64,000 bases of DNA, taken from contig JAYWIR010000062.1 in the NCBI GenBank assembly GCA_036172245.1, forward strand, positions 558,001-622,000. The letters are read 5' to 3'. Shown piece after piece: positions 15,461-26,890 of the stretch (position 1 is the first letter of the stretch; the number at the start of each line of letters is the position of its first letter). Made by a program: the position numbers and the translations under genes. Origin of the DNA: Raillietiella orientalis. Lineage: Eukaryota. The notes under the pieces are model-generated. The model did not search any database, was not told the origin of the DNA, and worked only from the letters and a program-made list of their open reading frames with translations.

Positions 15461-18400
15461 GTCTTTCTTTTTGTTTGCCCCCTCTCCCTCCACTGCCGAG
15501 TGGAACCTCGCCTGCCTGCGCGCCGGTGACTCTGCAAGTTCCGAACTCTTTCGGACGTTGTAAAGCCGATGGCCCTCCATATGCTCGTTTGCTGTTAAAA
15601 TAAACGCCCCGGCGCAGCCGGGTGTCAAAACAGCGCCTACTGCTGCCACTTCAGAGGGGGGGGGCACCGGGGAGCACTTCAGGTGTTCCGACGGAACACC
15701 CAGTAGCTCTCCTCAGTGCAAGAGTCCATATATCGCAACTCTGGGGAATTTTTCTTAGTGCTTGGGGTTGGGTCTGTGAAATGTCTGCTGACTGCGATAT
15801 CAAGCATTTCGCAGCGCACACAGTGAAGCAGCAGACCATGCTTTGGGGGGAAAAAAAAATAACTATGAGAATCAATGTATAGCCTTTGTCCAATGAATCT
15901 CAACAGTGTAAGGTGAGCTGCTGCATACTCAGGAATGAGTTCGTCCGCATCGTGGTTTAGCAATCTAGACCTCTGTTAAAGACCCAAAATAATCAATAAC
16001 AGCGCTGTGGATCGCTGTCTTTCTGTTTGGAAAACGAGGATGCTGATTGAAAAAAATAAAAGCTAAAGATATAAGTTAATGGAAGCGACTTAATTTCTTT
16101 GGAGAGCGTAAGATATGGAAGATCTCATTTTCTTGATTATGCCTTTGCTCATGAAGAGCAGTGGAAACAGCAGCAGTAGGAGCAGTAACAGTGTTTTCTA
16201 AAGTTCTGGAAATTCAGGTACTTGCGGCTTTGAGGGGCATAATTGGGGAACAGTTATTGCCATGAAAACTAATTTCAGCAGTGAATTACAAACACGCAAC
16301 ACCATCTGTAGGCTGCTCATTCTATTGACTTGGGTGGCTTCATCTTCAGGTTGCTCTTACAAATGTGTGGGCTCCATGATCACAGATGTTCCATCATCTC
16401 AGCAATGGGTACCCCTTGTAGGTTAAATCAAGCTTAATCAGGCTAGCAGATGCAAATCTCCATTCAATCATTAAGAATGGTGAAATTGTTTCTCGTTTTT
16501 CAACAGCAAAGCTTGTCGGTAAAAGACATCTTTTGTCGTAATCAATAACAAAGCATATAGCAATTCTGAGTGAACTTCTTTTAGCAGTGGCTCTTATAGA
16601 AATCGGGATCGCTCTGCTGTGCAGCCATCAAAGCAACGAATACTGGAGAAAAAATGGGGGATTTGGAGTTTTCCCCTCAAATCCTCCCTTTTTCCTCAGG
16701 GTTCCCGATCGGTGTCTTCGGTTCCCTCGGCCAAAGTATAAAACTGGTGAGTTTCGTTATGTTCTCCCTCCTAGGCAACACTCTGGAACTTTTCAAATTC
16801 ATTTAATTGCTCAGTTTCGTATCAGAGCCAAGATTTGCGAGTTCGAAACTGTGTGCAGACGGTGACGAAGAATAAATTCAAATATTCAGGCGTCTCCCAG
16901 TTCCATGAATTTTTTCATTTTCAGCTCAAATACTAGCGGCAATGTTCATAATCAAAGAGAAGATTGTCAGTTTTATATTTCTTGGAATTTAAAAGCTAAC
17001 ATTCTAAGCCCACCAGAGTTGCCATCCATTATTATAATCGGAGGGATAAAAGAAATCAATGTCCAGCCGAGAGTCAAAGGTGCTGCTCCTTCGAAACAGA
17101 TTTTCCAATGAGTTGAACGAGGCTGTGTTCACACCGAGCTTTCAAGGACAGTGAGAAATATCATTAAGGTTTCCATAGAGCATCGTAGGACTGTGCTGCA
17201 CTCTTTACTCCAGCCTGAACCGTTTTGAGGATTTGGCTCAGGAACTTCAACGAAGGAATGGCACCCTGCCGGAATCTTGTGATCTTGCTAACACCTCGCG
17301 ATACAGTAAAAAAAAAAATATACGGTTTGTGATTCTGCAACGTTGAATAAAAGTGGTATCGTTTTTTTTTTCTTTTCAGAATAGTAGGTGAGTGATCGTT
17401 TAACAACGCATCATCCAGGACTTCTTCTTTTTTCTTTTTTTAGAGCTTTGGGTTGAGAAAGTTCGTTTCAACAAGTTGGAGAAAGAAAAAAAAAAAAAAC
17501 CATTTCACGTTGCCGTGAGGACGAAGTCAAAGAGCAAAGCAGAGCAACTTTAACATCGTGGACGAGGCACTTACTGACCACCGTCACAATTTTGCTAGCA
17601 GAGCGTAACGCACAGCAATCGCTCAGCATTTCAGCTGAACTCGAAGTGTTGGTATAATTGCCCTTTGTATCAAAAGAACCCACAATTGCATTGTGATGTT
17701 GTTGGTACATGGGAGAATGGCCTCATGCCTCATGCAGCGGTTTCGTACATGAGGCACCATACATCCCGTTCGCTGCTTCCTGCCACCGCGCGCTTGGAAG
17801 GCACCAGCGGCGACCGGGATTTGCCTTAAACGAAGGACATGCAGCGGAGATCCCAAGTCATTATGAAGCCGAGGTTGACGATGCAAAGAACCAGGAAGAA
17901 CCTAAGAAGATCAAAAGTACCAGGAAGCTATTCTGGAAACTCCGTTCCCGACCTATTATGTATGCCATGCGCATGAGCGACGGCTTTGTTTCCCCTGGCG
18001 CCTTGGCAACCCTTAGTCACAAGCGCTGTAGTTTGATGCTGCAGAGGAAGAGCACTTCATAACCCACCACCTTGATCCAAGGCCTGTCCGGTCATTCAGC
18101 ACTTTTAATACGTGTATATGATTATTCAGCAATGAACTGCATTGCTTCCTCTTTTATGAGAAAAAAATTCGTACATTTTTAGGACTGGGTTGCGTTCTTC
18201 TAAAAAAAGATTGGAGTTTGTCACTTTCCATGAATCCGCTGCCATATCGGCAAGCTCTTAGTGAATGGCCATCCCAAACGTGACGTTTTCTCTTCCTATG
18301 TTACATGGAGCTTCGCTCTTTCGGACTCTTGAGGTTCGACTTCGAGTGCTGAAGCTGGTCAGGGTGAAGAAGAGGTTACTCCAGCCTGCACGCACGTGTC

Positions 18401-19348
18401 CACACGGAAAACAAGGGAAGCCATCAAAGCGGAAACACTCTGTGGCCTACCTTAAGGGAAAACTTCTCCTAAAGGTCACCAACGTGATGTTCCAACGTCA
18501 AGGATGGTGATTGAGCACTCGCAGAAATACGTTCTTGCTGTACGTCCAACGCGTGCTGGGTGTGAACATCACTGTGCGGCGACCGTGTTCTTCCAGAGCC
18601 TCTTCCCTGTTCTTTGCGTTCACGGCGCGGACGGTGACCGCGTGGCAATGTGGCACCCCTGAACTTTGATGGGGTCATCCCCAAGCAAGCACGGATCGGT
18701 CAGAGCACAAATCCCCACGGAGCACACGTCGGAAGCATCGGAGACGTTCCGGAACGGTGCGGCCGAAGGACCGTCTAGGAGGAACCTGCTGCTGCTCCCC
18801 CCCCCCCGACCAGTTCCTAATGGTGGTGGTGGTGGTGGTGGTGGTTGCGTGGCGACTCTCGTGGCGCCTGTAACGTGGAGTGCACGCAGCACGGTGTTGG
18901 CGCGTGTGTTGGCGCGCGCGGGTCGGGGGCCTCCCTCCGCCTGGGGCGCTCGCTGCAGGCGAGCCGAAGAGCACGCTGGCGGCGAAGAGCAGGGCACATG
19001 CGCGTGGTGCTCGGTGGTAGTGAAAGTGGATCGACCGTGCTGGGACAACGTGGTTACCATGCTGGCCGCCCGTTACAAAATCCACAATAGAAAAACTGTT
19101 TTCTTTCTGGTAGGTGCTTTCTGCTAAGGCTTATGCACACTTATCGTAACGGCGTGACACCACTGAATAGGACACTGAATTTGCAAAGTAATGCTTGTGC
19201 CTGTTTAGGAAAAAAGACACCGAATGCTAATGCAGTAACAGTTTCTTTTCATACTTGTGTGTGTCTCCTGGTGTTATGTTGCATATGCTACCATGAAAGT
19301 TGCGGAGAGAGCTCTGCAAAGAGATAAGTTCATGTAATCAAAAGCAAG

Positions 19349-20937
19349 ATGTCTTTGACCATCGAAACGTCCTCAATACAGGTAGCGGAAGTAACACGAA
19401 GATGTGTAATCGTCCTAATGATTTGGTTTGGTTGGATGCTTATAGGAAAGGATTTTTGCGTTGAAAACATTGATGAAAGATGTGTATGGTGAACATGCAA
19501 AAAATGAGCAGAACATTGCCGCCATCATCAAAATCCAAAGCAGAATATGCTTTGAGAAGAAACTTGCATCATATTACAAGGTAAAGCCACGAACCTCTTC
19601 AGAAAAAATAGCAAACTGTGTGAAAGATTACTTGCATAGCCATTCTCCAGGTTGTGAATTCTGCCTGCAGAATGTTTTGAAAGTGATCCTGCACTTTGAT
19701 TACATTGGTTGATTTTCATTACATTCAATTGTTTAAATAAAAGTACGTTTGATTGAATAGATAACTGGAATACAACGTTTGTTTGCTTTTCTTCTCCTTT
19801 TCCTAATTATTCATAGAAAAGTGCATATTGTGCTCTCCCAGCTGTTCTGTCACCTACTTTGCCACCCATAATCCAGTAATTTTATGTTATTATCATGTGT
19901 AAAGGAGTACTGCTATAAATACAGTATTCTGTTACCACATTTTTTTTTTTTTTTTCTCTTCCCCGCCCTAGAGTGTTTCATAGCAATTTTCCACCCCTCT
20001 ACAATTCTCTTATACTTTCCCTTTGTTCTTGATTGATTTTTCAGAATCACCATCAGAGAAGAGACAGAGAAGTACCTGTTCTTTTGAGCTTAAATTGAAC
20101 TGCTTTCTTGGCAGCCTCAGTGACAATCATCAGTCATACTTGTCTTCCAGAACAAGCTGCAAATGCTGTATGAGGCTTCACTGAAGGATGCACAAAAAGA
20201 GGAAGAACTTCTGCGTAGTACCTTGGAGAAGATCTATGAAATTAGAAGCATCCGACTGGGAAGGAGAATTGCAGCTAAACATTTGGGAAATAAAGAAGCC
20301 ATTCGAAGAGGCACATTGATGAAATTATTGCAAACCACAGCCCAAACTCTTCCCTTGTGGGTTGGTAGACTTGGAGAAAAACCTCCACCCTTGTGTGGTT
20401 GCATCCCTGCTGATTCCATGTACATAGCAAAGGTAAATTAGCAGTCTTATGAAATGTGGTCTATCTGTCTTAGATACTTTCAGATGGGAGATATGGTGGC
20501 TGCTTTGGTTAGAGGGTTGGATGAGGATGAAAACTGGATTTTGGCAGAAGTAGCTCTTTGGAATCCTTCTACGAATAAATATGATGTTGATGACATTGAT
20601 GAGGAGCAAAAGTATCGGCATACGTTGAGCAAAAGGAAGATCATTCCCTTGCCTCTGATGAGAGCTAATCCAGAAACCAATGCAGAAGCTTTGTTTCCTA
20701 AAGGAGCAACTGGTATGTCAGCATCATCAAATGCAGCATAATAACGTCTTTCCAGTGATGGCTTTGTATCCCCAAACCACATGCTTCTACAAGGCTATTG
20801 TCAATCGGATCCCCCAGTCTGCCACTGATGAATATGAAGTGCTTTTTGAAGATGCCTCATATTCTGAAGGATATTCCCCACCACTGACTATACCACAGAA
20901 GTACATCATTCACACAAAGGAAAAAAAGAATAAATAA
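19349..20937 (+). CDS. Sgf29: SAGA-associated factor 29 (tandem Tudor H3K4me reader); exons 19349-19381, 19446-19580, 20151-20432, 20484-20712, 20756-20937
   Basis: The complete phase-consistent model reads MSLTIETSSIQ|ERIFALK...LASYYK|NKLQMLYEASLKDAQKEEELLRSTLEKIYEIRSI...IRRGTLMKLLQTTAQTLPLWVGRLGEKPPPLCGCIPA...|MGDMVAALV...ENWILAEV...KYDVDDIDEEQK...IIPLPLMRANPET...|VMALYPQTTCFYKAIV...YEVLFEDASYSEGYSPPL...*. These are hallmark SGF29/CCDC101 motifs. Confidence 0.96.
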
Positions 20938-21249
20938 TGTGTGCAAACTGCTTGTTATTTCCATGCATGGTTTGTAGACATGAGTCACTATAAACATGTA
21001 AGATGTTTTCATTTGTAAACAACTGCTAGGACACATTGTTCTAAAGAGAATTGCTATGGAGCTTGTGAACCTATCATTCAACCCATCGCTTGAGAGAAGG
21101 GAAGCATCGTATTCCTCTGTCTGTGAGCTCAACACGGAAACCACATTTAATTTTCCCACTTGCGCTTGTAGTAGTAAATTTGCAGGTTTCAGTCTGGTAT
21201 TACTTAATCATTTAGAGCTGCCTACATTTTGGATAATGCTCTGTATTTC

Positions 21250-22746
21250 TCAACGTTCTGCTCGCAGTAGTTTTGGTTCTTGATCAATAAGGGACAGGAT
21301 AGATTTTATTTTGCCATCCCTCTCTCTGATGTAACAATCTATCTTTTGCTCCATTTGAACTTGAAACTCTCCTATCCTGTTTTCAAATTCAGTAGCTGCT
21401 CTGTCCATCAAGCGGACCATGTACTCCTCGGCATTATTTTTATTCCTAATCATTGCCTTCTGGATCTCTACTTTTCCTGCATTATGTGCCAGCGCTTTTT
21501 CAAAAAGGTCCGCGAACATTTTCCTCGAGTGCCTGATCATTTCGTCCTTCAGCTGGCACGTGGTCTCGAGGCTCCCTTCCTTGGAAATTCCGGTCGCCCT
21601 TCCGGGTGCGTCGTCGTCAGGGTTCGCGTTGACGTCTTCGGAGGGGCGGTCCCCGCAGTCTGCCGCACCCGTGGTCGCGGCCCCCCGCGGCAGGTGACGT
21701 CCGTACGTCTCACGCAGGATTAACAGAACTTCTCTGAGATCCCCGGAGTTGTCGGAGAAGGGGTAACACAATATGTTGTTGTTCCTTGTGCATATCTCCT
21801 CGACCTTCCTCAGCCTCTCTTGCTGCACGGATATTAGTTTCGCTATCTCCTGCAGTTCCTCCTCGTGGTGGTTGGTTTGCTGTATTGCCAGGCGGCTGTA
21901 CTTTTGGATTTCTCCCCGCAGCTGCTCGACGTTTTTTTTCAAGTCCTCGTACCCGCATCGAGACAGGCATTTCTTCTTAATCTGGTCGTAGTGCGACCTT
22001 AGGGTCTGGAACTTGTTTTTGGAAACAAAGTCTTTGAAACAAGAGTTCAGGGTCTGAGTCAGGTTAGACAAATCCTCCCTCGTGCTGCAAGACTCCCGCA
22101 GGAAACGTATGAGTTCCTCTACTTTGTCCTTATGTATCACGTTGAACGCGCTTTCGTTTTCGATTTTCGATAGTGCCTCATCCAGTCGGGTCATCCTGGA
22201 GAAGGCGAAGTGCGCGGACGTCCTGGACGGCAGGGAAAACTGGTCGAAGACCGTGAACACCGTTCTCAGCCCGTCGTGTGACTTCGCCGACTGCAGTCTT
22301 TCATCCGTGTCCTCATACCTTTTCCTGCACTGATTTTTCAGCTTTTCGTGGGTCGCAGTGATCCCTTTGAAGCAATCGGCGGAGCGTTCGGCTGCCAACA
22401 CCTTCGTCTCGCTGATCATCTCGCAGAGACTGGACATCTGTTCGTCCTGCTCCTTCTTGGCCGAGGAGATGGCCTCACTCAGGGCGGAGAGCTTTGCTTT
22501 CACAGTGTCTATGGCGGCCCTGAAGCGGGTCCTGTTGGCTAGGTTGGTCTCCGACGGGGCGGCACTTGCCGAATTCGACTTGGGGCGTGCGGGCGACAAG
22601 GGCGGCTTTTTCGTGTGGTCGCAAGGCAGGAAATCCACCTTCCCTCCCCCGCCTACCAAAGTTTCGCATTCCGCAAAAACGTCGTCGAAACAAAGCTTCA
22701 CAGCTTCCGGTGTCAAATATGAGTCTTGGAAATCCTCATGCTCCAT
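21250..22746 (-). CDS. Apparently single-exon 498-aa predicted coiled-coil protein of unknown function
   Basis: It is the longest ORF in the window, ATG-initiated, with natural E/K/L/Q-rich helical composition and heptad-like stretches (YEDLKKNVEQLRGEIQKYS; EEELQEIAKLISVQQERLRKVEE). No domain was recognised. Confidence 0.7.
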   Translation of the reverse strand: MEHEDFQDSYLTPEAVKLCFDDVFAECETLVGGGGKVDFLPCDHTKKPPLSPARPKSNSASAAPSETNLANRTRFRAAIDTVKAKLSALSEAISSAKKEQDEQMSSLCEMISETKVLAAERSADCFKGITATHEKLKNQCRKRYEDTDERLQSAKSHDGLRTVFTVFDQFSLPSRTSAHFAFSRMTRLDEALSKIENESAFNVIHKDKVEELIRFLRESCSTREDLSNLTQTLNSCFKDFVSKNKFQTLRSHYDQIKKKCLSRCGYEDLKKNVEQLRGEIQKYSRLAIQQTNHHEEELQEIAKLISVQQERLRKVEEICTRNNNILCYPFSDNSGDLREVLLILRETYGRHLPRGAATTGAADCGDRPSEDVNANPDDDAPGRATGISKEGSLETTCQLKDEMIRHSRKMFADLFEKALAHNAGKVEIQKAMIRNKNNAEEYMVRLMDRAATEFENRIGEFQVQMEQKIDCYIRERDGKIKSILSLIDQEPKLLRAER

Positions 22747-23719
22747 TATTTTTTTTTATTTTTTTCTTTCGGGGATGGGGGGGGAGGGGGGGAGGAATCT
22801 TGGAATTTTTCTTGGGTGTGCTTTAATTTTGTCCCATTCGAGTGTACGGAATTCGGTGTATCTTTCGATTTCCAGTGCGAACAATCGGAAGGGTAGCCAA
22901 CATCATTGTTGGCTTTTCAAAGTTCGAAAAAGGTACGCAAAAGGAATGTAATCGAAAGATGCATTTTCGTTCTCGGAACTCCATGTGACTTCCTCGTTTG
23001 AAAGAAACGGGATGTGGGGAATCACCTTTCGGACGTTACATAATTGGGGTTCATGTGATCATAAAAAGGGAACCTTTCGCGCAATCGTTCAAGTCGGAAA
23101 CGGCTGGGTGCATCAAACGTGCTGATAGCGTACGGTACAGTACTTGGGCTTCTGTGATTGTGGGGTCCGTGGGTTGTGCGAGGCTTTCCCGGTTCCTAGC
23201 CGGCGCGGAGGACGTCCAAAGCACTCCGAAGGAACTGGACCGCATCGGTGCAGGTCAGCGCCTCAAGATTTGTGATCCGAGGTGCAGCGACGCTTCAGTG
23301 ATACCGCCGCCTGCTCCTCGCTGCTACGTCTTCCATAGCCTTTTGGAAGCTGAGCACTGAGCAGCGAAATCTACAGAAGCAGGCCAAAGGAACTCTGTGG
23401 TTGCTGCAGTAAAAGGATTCTCCCCAACCCAGTCTTCGGAATCCTCTCCATTTTCGAAGATTTCGTGGATGCTGATGTCATCTGATCTATAAGAATAAGC
23501 TCGAGAGTCTGGACTCCCGTGTTCAAGGGACTTTGGCGTTTCGCTTACCGGTGAAAGCGGCATCGTCTGAAGGTGATCTTGGTCCTCCGTTCATGCGACC
23601 TCCCGTTTCCCCTCCATCCACATGTATTATTTATGTGTTCGCCCCAGATCGTGCTTTCCCTTTTCTCCCGAAACTCATCCTGTTCTCCCTCTGCATGCGA
23701 GTTTATCCTCTCCTCTTGC

Positions 23720-24052
23720 AGGGACTTGCTCGCACCCTTACCGGGGAGGACAGACATGCTTGGCAAAGGCATCGAACATTCTGTGAAGTGGCCTAGCGCC
23801 CTGCAAAAGCTGGATGCATTGAAGACCTTCTACTTTCCCAGTCTTATACATTTTGAAAGACTGGGAACGCATCCGGAGGGTGACTGGTCCTTTCTTGATA
23901 AGGAGATTCGACGAATGACGAAGGAGCTGCTTCATCTGCCCTCTAGAGCGGCCAATGAGTACATTTACGGCGATAGAAAAAAGGGCTGCCTAGGCATGAT
24001 GAAGTTGTCAGGGTTGCTTCGGGAAGATGGATGGTGCACCCTGGCAGGATAA
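23720..24052 (+). mobile_element. Fragment of an R2-group (NeSL/Utopia-like) non-LTR retrotransposon RT thumb region
   Basis: ALQKLDALKTFYFPSLIHFERLG...DWSFLDKEIRRMTKELLHLPSRAANEYIYGDRKKGCLGM matches my recollection of the NeSL/Utopia pattern PWQKLDALKTFF.PSL...W..VD..IR..VK..L.LP..AANEYLYG.RK.GC.G. Confidence 0.75.
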
Positions 24053-26179
24053 GAGGCGTGGTGAAAAGAGGGTGAAAAGGTGAGCACACAAGTTTAACAG
24101 ATTGGTAAATCCATGTGCTCACCCGACGCTGCTTTGCAGATTTGTTCAGAGGAGGCTTTGGGAACAGCAAGTCGTTGGTGAGCCGAAAGAGCAACGCGAG
24201 CAGCTCTTCGGAGAACAGGAGAGACTGCACAAGAGTTCGAGAACCTTCAAAATTCTGCCAACGAGCATCCAGCAGTTCCCCCATGCCGGCTTCCGTGTGC
24301 GTCCGTGCGACGGAGCCACCGATAAGTGGGTGGACCACCACGAAATGGACGCTCACCCAACTCGAAACGCGACCAAACGCATCGAGTTTGAAACTTGCAG
24401 AGCTTCCTTCCCCCCCCCCCCCTCCCCTAACCAAAAACCGTGCGAAGTTTCCTGCAACCATCGGAGAGATCGAAAGCCCGAGTGTAGAAGAAACCGAGTC
24501 CACGACCAGCGACATGCTCGTTGGCAGAATTTTTGGGCGGTTCTGGTGTTCTCTGAGGGTCCCTTCTTCCCCCTCCACCCGCCTTCGGCAGCCGCCCCCA
24601 CGAACGCAGGCGAGCGTCGTCGCCGGCACTCGCCGAATCGTTTATTCTCTCCCGGATTCCTCGCCCCGGGCGAAGCGCACCGCGCGGCCTGCCTGTCCTG
24701 GGCGGATGTGCTCGTCTTGAAGGGGCTGTTGCGCTGCCTGTTTCCCCCCTGCGCCTTTATTTGTGATCCGATGGCCGTGCTGCGCTCTTCGCACGCGCCC
24801 AGAGCTCCTGGCTCGCCAGAGGGCTGAGGAGGCGGCTCTCTTCCTCGCAAGCCGCTTCGGTTTGCTGCCGCGCTAGCACTGGTTTTCCTTCTTCTTTCTT
24901 CTGCTCTTTGCCAGCTCCCGCCTCGGACTCTGCAACTTCTTGCCTTTCATTTTTTTTTCCCCGTCATTTTATTTTGCGCCGATGCTTCTGCGCCCGCGTG
25001 GGTCGGTCGCGATCCGCTGACGCTATCGCGTTGGGAGGGGGGATGGGGAAGAAGCTCTTGAATCCTAGGTCAGAGGCTGTGCTGGCTTCCTTCATAGGTC
25101 TGCCAGCATGTCGGAGTAGTTTCAGGTATCCCAGAGCGGGGTAGAAGCCTTTGATGACATCCCTGAGGTAAATCGTGGTCCGGGAAAGGTCGCCGCGCTG
25201 GGATCCGACGTCCTGATGTTCCTGGGCCCAGCTTCACCCTGGACCTCTGGGCGAAGTAGCACCCGGACGCCTTGGACCTCACTTTCCCCTGGAGGCCGCT
25301 TGCGGGCAGCATCTTCGGCCGGTTAGGAAGCTGGGATATGTCTGTCTCCACGGGGTCCGCCATCTCTGGGTGGTCGGAGCACGGCCCCACCCCTCATTTC
25401 TTTGAAGCGGAAGACGTCTGCGGGTATTCTGCGACGCCCTTTGGCTTGCGGGTGACGGTCGGGCTAGTCAGCTTGAACTTTAGCTTGCTGCGGTAGGTCC
25501 TCGTCTCGTCCGAGTGCAGCGTCGGCGGATCTGCATCTCCGACTTCTCGCCGATGCACAGCCGACCTGGATGCCCTCCGCGGTCCCGGTGGCCCCGTGCG
25601 GGACGGAGATGCAGATTCCGATCCTGGGATTCAGCGCCTCCGGCTCCTCACAGCAGGGAGGCACACAGGGCACGCAGGCTGCGGAGGCGACGGGCCGTCT
25701 TCTTGCCTGTCGTCCCTCCTCCACGTCTGTGGGAAGCTCTGCTGTCGGGGCCACACCCGGGAAAGGGTGTGGACCACGCTTCCCCTTCAGACGAACACGT
25801 CCCACGGGCACCTCCTCCCTGAGCATGTGGACGGTCACTGAGGAAGGGTAAAGGCGGAGGAGGGCGTGGGGGGGGGAGGTGAGGAGGGAAAGGAAGCGTC
25901 CAACGTCCGTTGCACCTGGACCAAGGCTTGTGGCTTGGCTTCTCGAACTCCCGCATCTCCTGAAGACGAAGGGGAAAAAGCAAGTGGGGGAGGCACTAGC
26001 ATCCCTTTCTTACCTCTCCGGGAGTCCCAGAAGCAGCGGCAGCAACGTTTCTTCGGGGGGACTTGCATTTCTTGTTGTCCAGGGAGCCGAACCTCCTGCT
26101 CTTCAGCTTCCGAGCTTGTGTGGGCTGCCTCCTTTTCCTTTCTGGGATCAACCCAACCCTCCGTCCACACCCCATCACC

Positions 26180-26890
26180 GTTTTTTTTTTTTTTTGGTTC
26201 GCTAAGTACCTCAGAGCCGGTCGCGTGCCTCGTGGCGCACGTGGATCTTTTTAAACATTAAACATTGTTTTGTTTCCACACCTCTCCGCCTGGGGCAGCC
26301 CGCAGGGGACGTGTAATTCTTCAGGATAGGGGGCACCCTGGGATGGGGGTCCGCCCTATGAATCCAGGAAGGGCTCGGAGTCCGTTCCTCTCACGCTTGG
26401 GGAGGGATTCCCCCGGACAGGGGGGATCGCACCTCCCACCCTGGTTGTCTCCGAAGGGGAACCCCGAAGGGAATCTCCTTCCTCATTCTCTCCGGAGGGA
26501 CACCCCCCCGCCAATGGGGAGGGGCTGTCCTCTCCATTTCAACTTCATTTCAACTTTTCCGAAGGGAACCCGGAAAGGATCCGCTTGTAGGAATTTCTTC
26601 TCCGGAGGGAACCCGCAAGGGAACCGCTCCTTTATTCACTCCTCTGAAGAGAACCCCGAAGGGACGCTTCCGAAACTCAGAAGGGGCGCTGCAGCTTCCC
26701 GCAGGAAATCGCTCTCGCTTCCTTGTGCACTCTGTGAAGAGGCGACGACTCGGAGGGTCCCCCGGTGGGGGGGGGGGGTCCGCTCTCCGTTGCAGGACAG
26801 GAGGGGGGGACTCCCCACTCCTTGATTCCTGGGAGGACCCGAAGGTCGACTCCCATTGTTCCGGCCTTCACATCGGGGGCCTCCGGCTTA
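26180..26890 (-). repeat. Copy of dispersed SINE-like family (body and tail)
   Basis: Shares the motifs GAAGGG(G)AACCCCGAAGGG, TTCTCCGGAGGGAACCC, CCTGGGAGGACCCGAAGGTCGACTCCCA and TTTTTGGTTCGC with the copies at 38.7, 41.5, 49.2, 56.5, 58.6 and 62.4 kb. Confidence 0.75.

Noticed and set aside
16587..18510. Short ORFs between Fdx2 and Sgf29
   Set aside because: The Sgf29 model is already complete from 19349. These pieces have stops in all frames and only faint LINE-like motifs.
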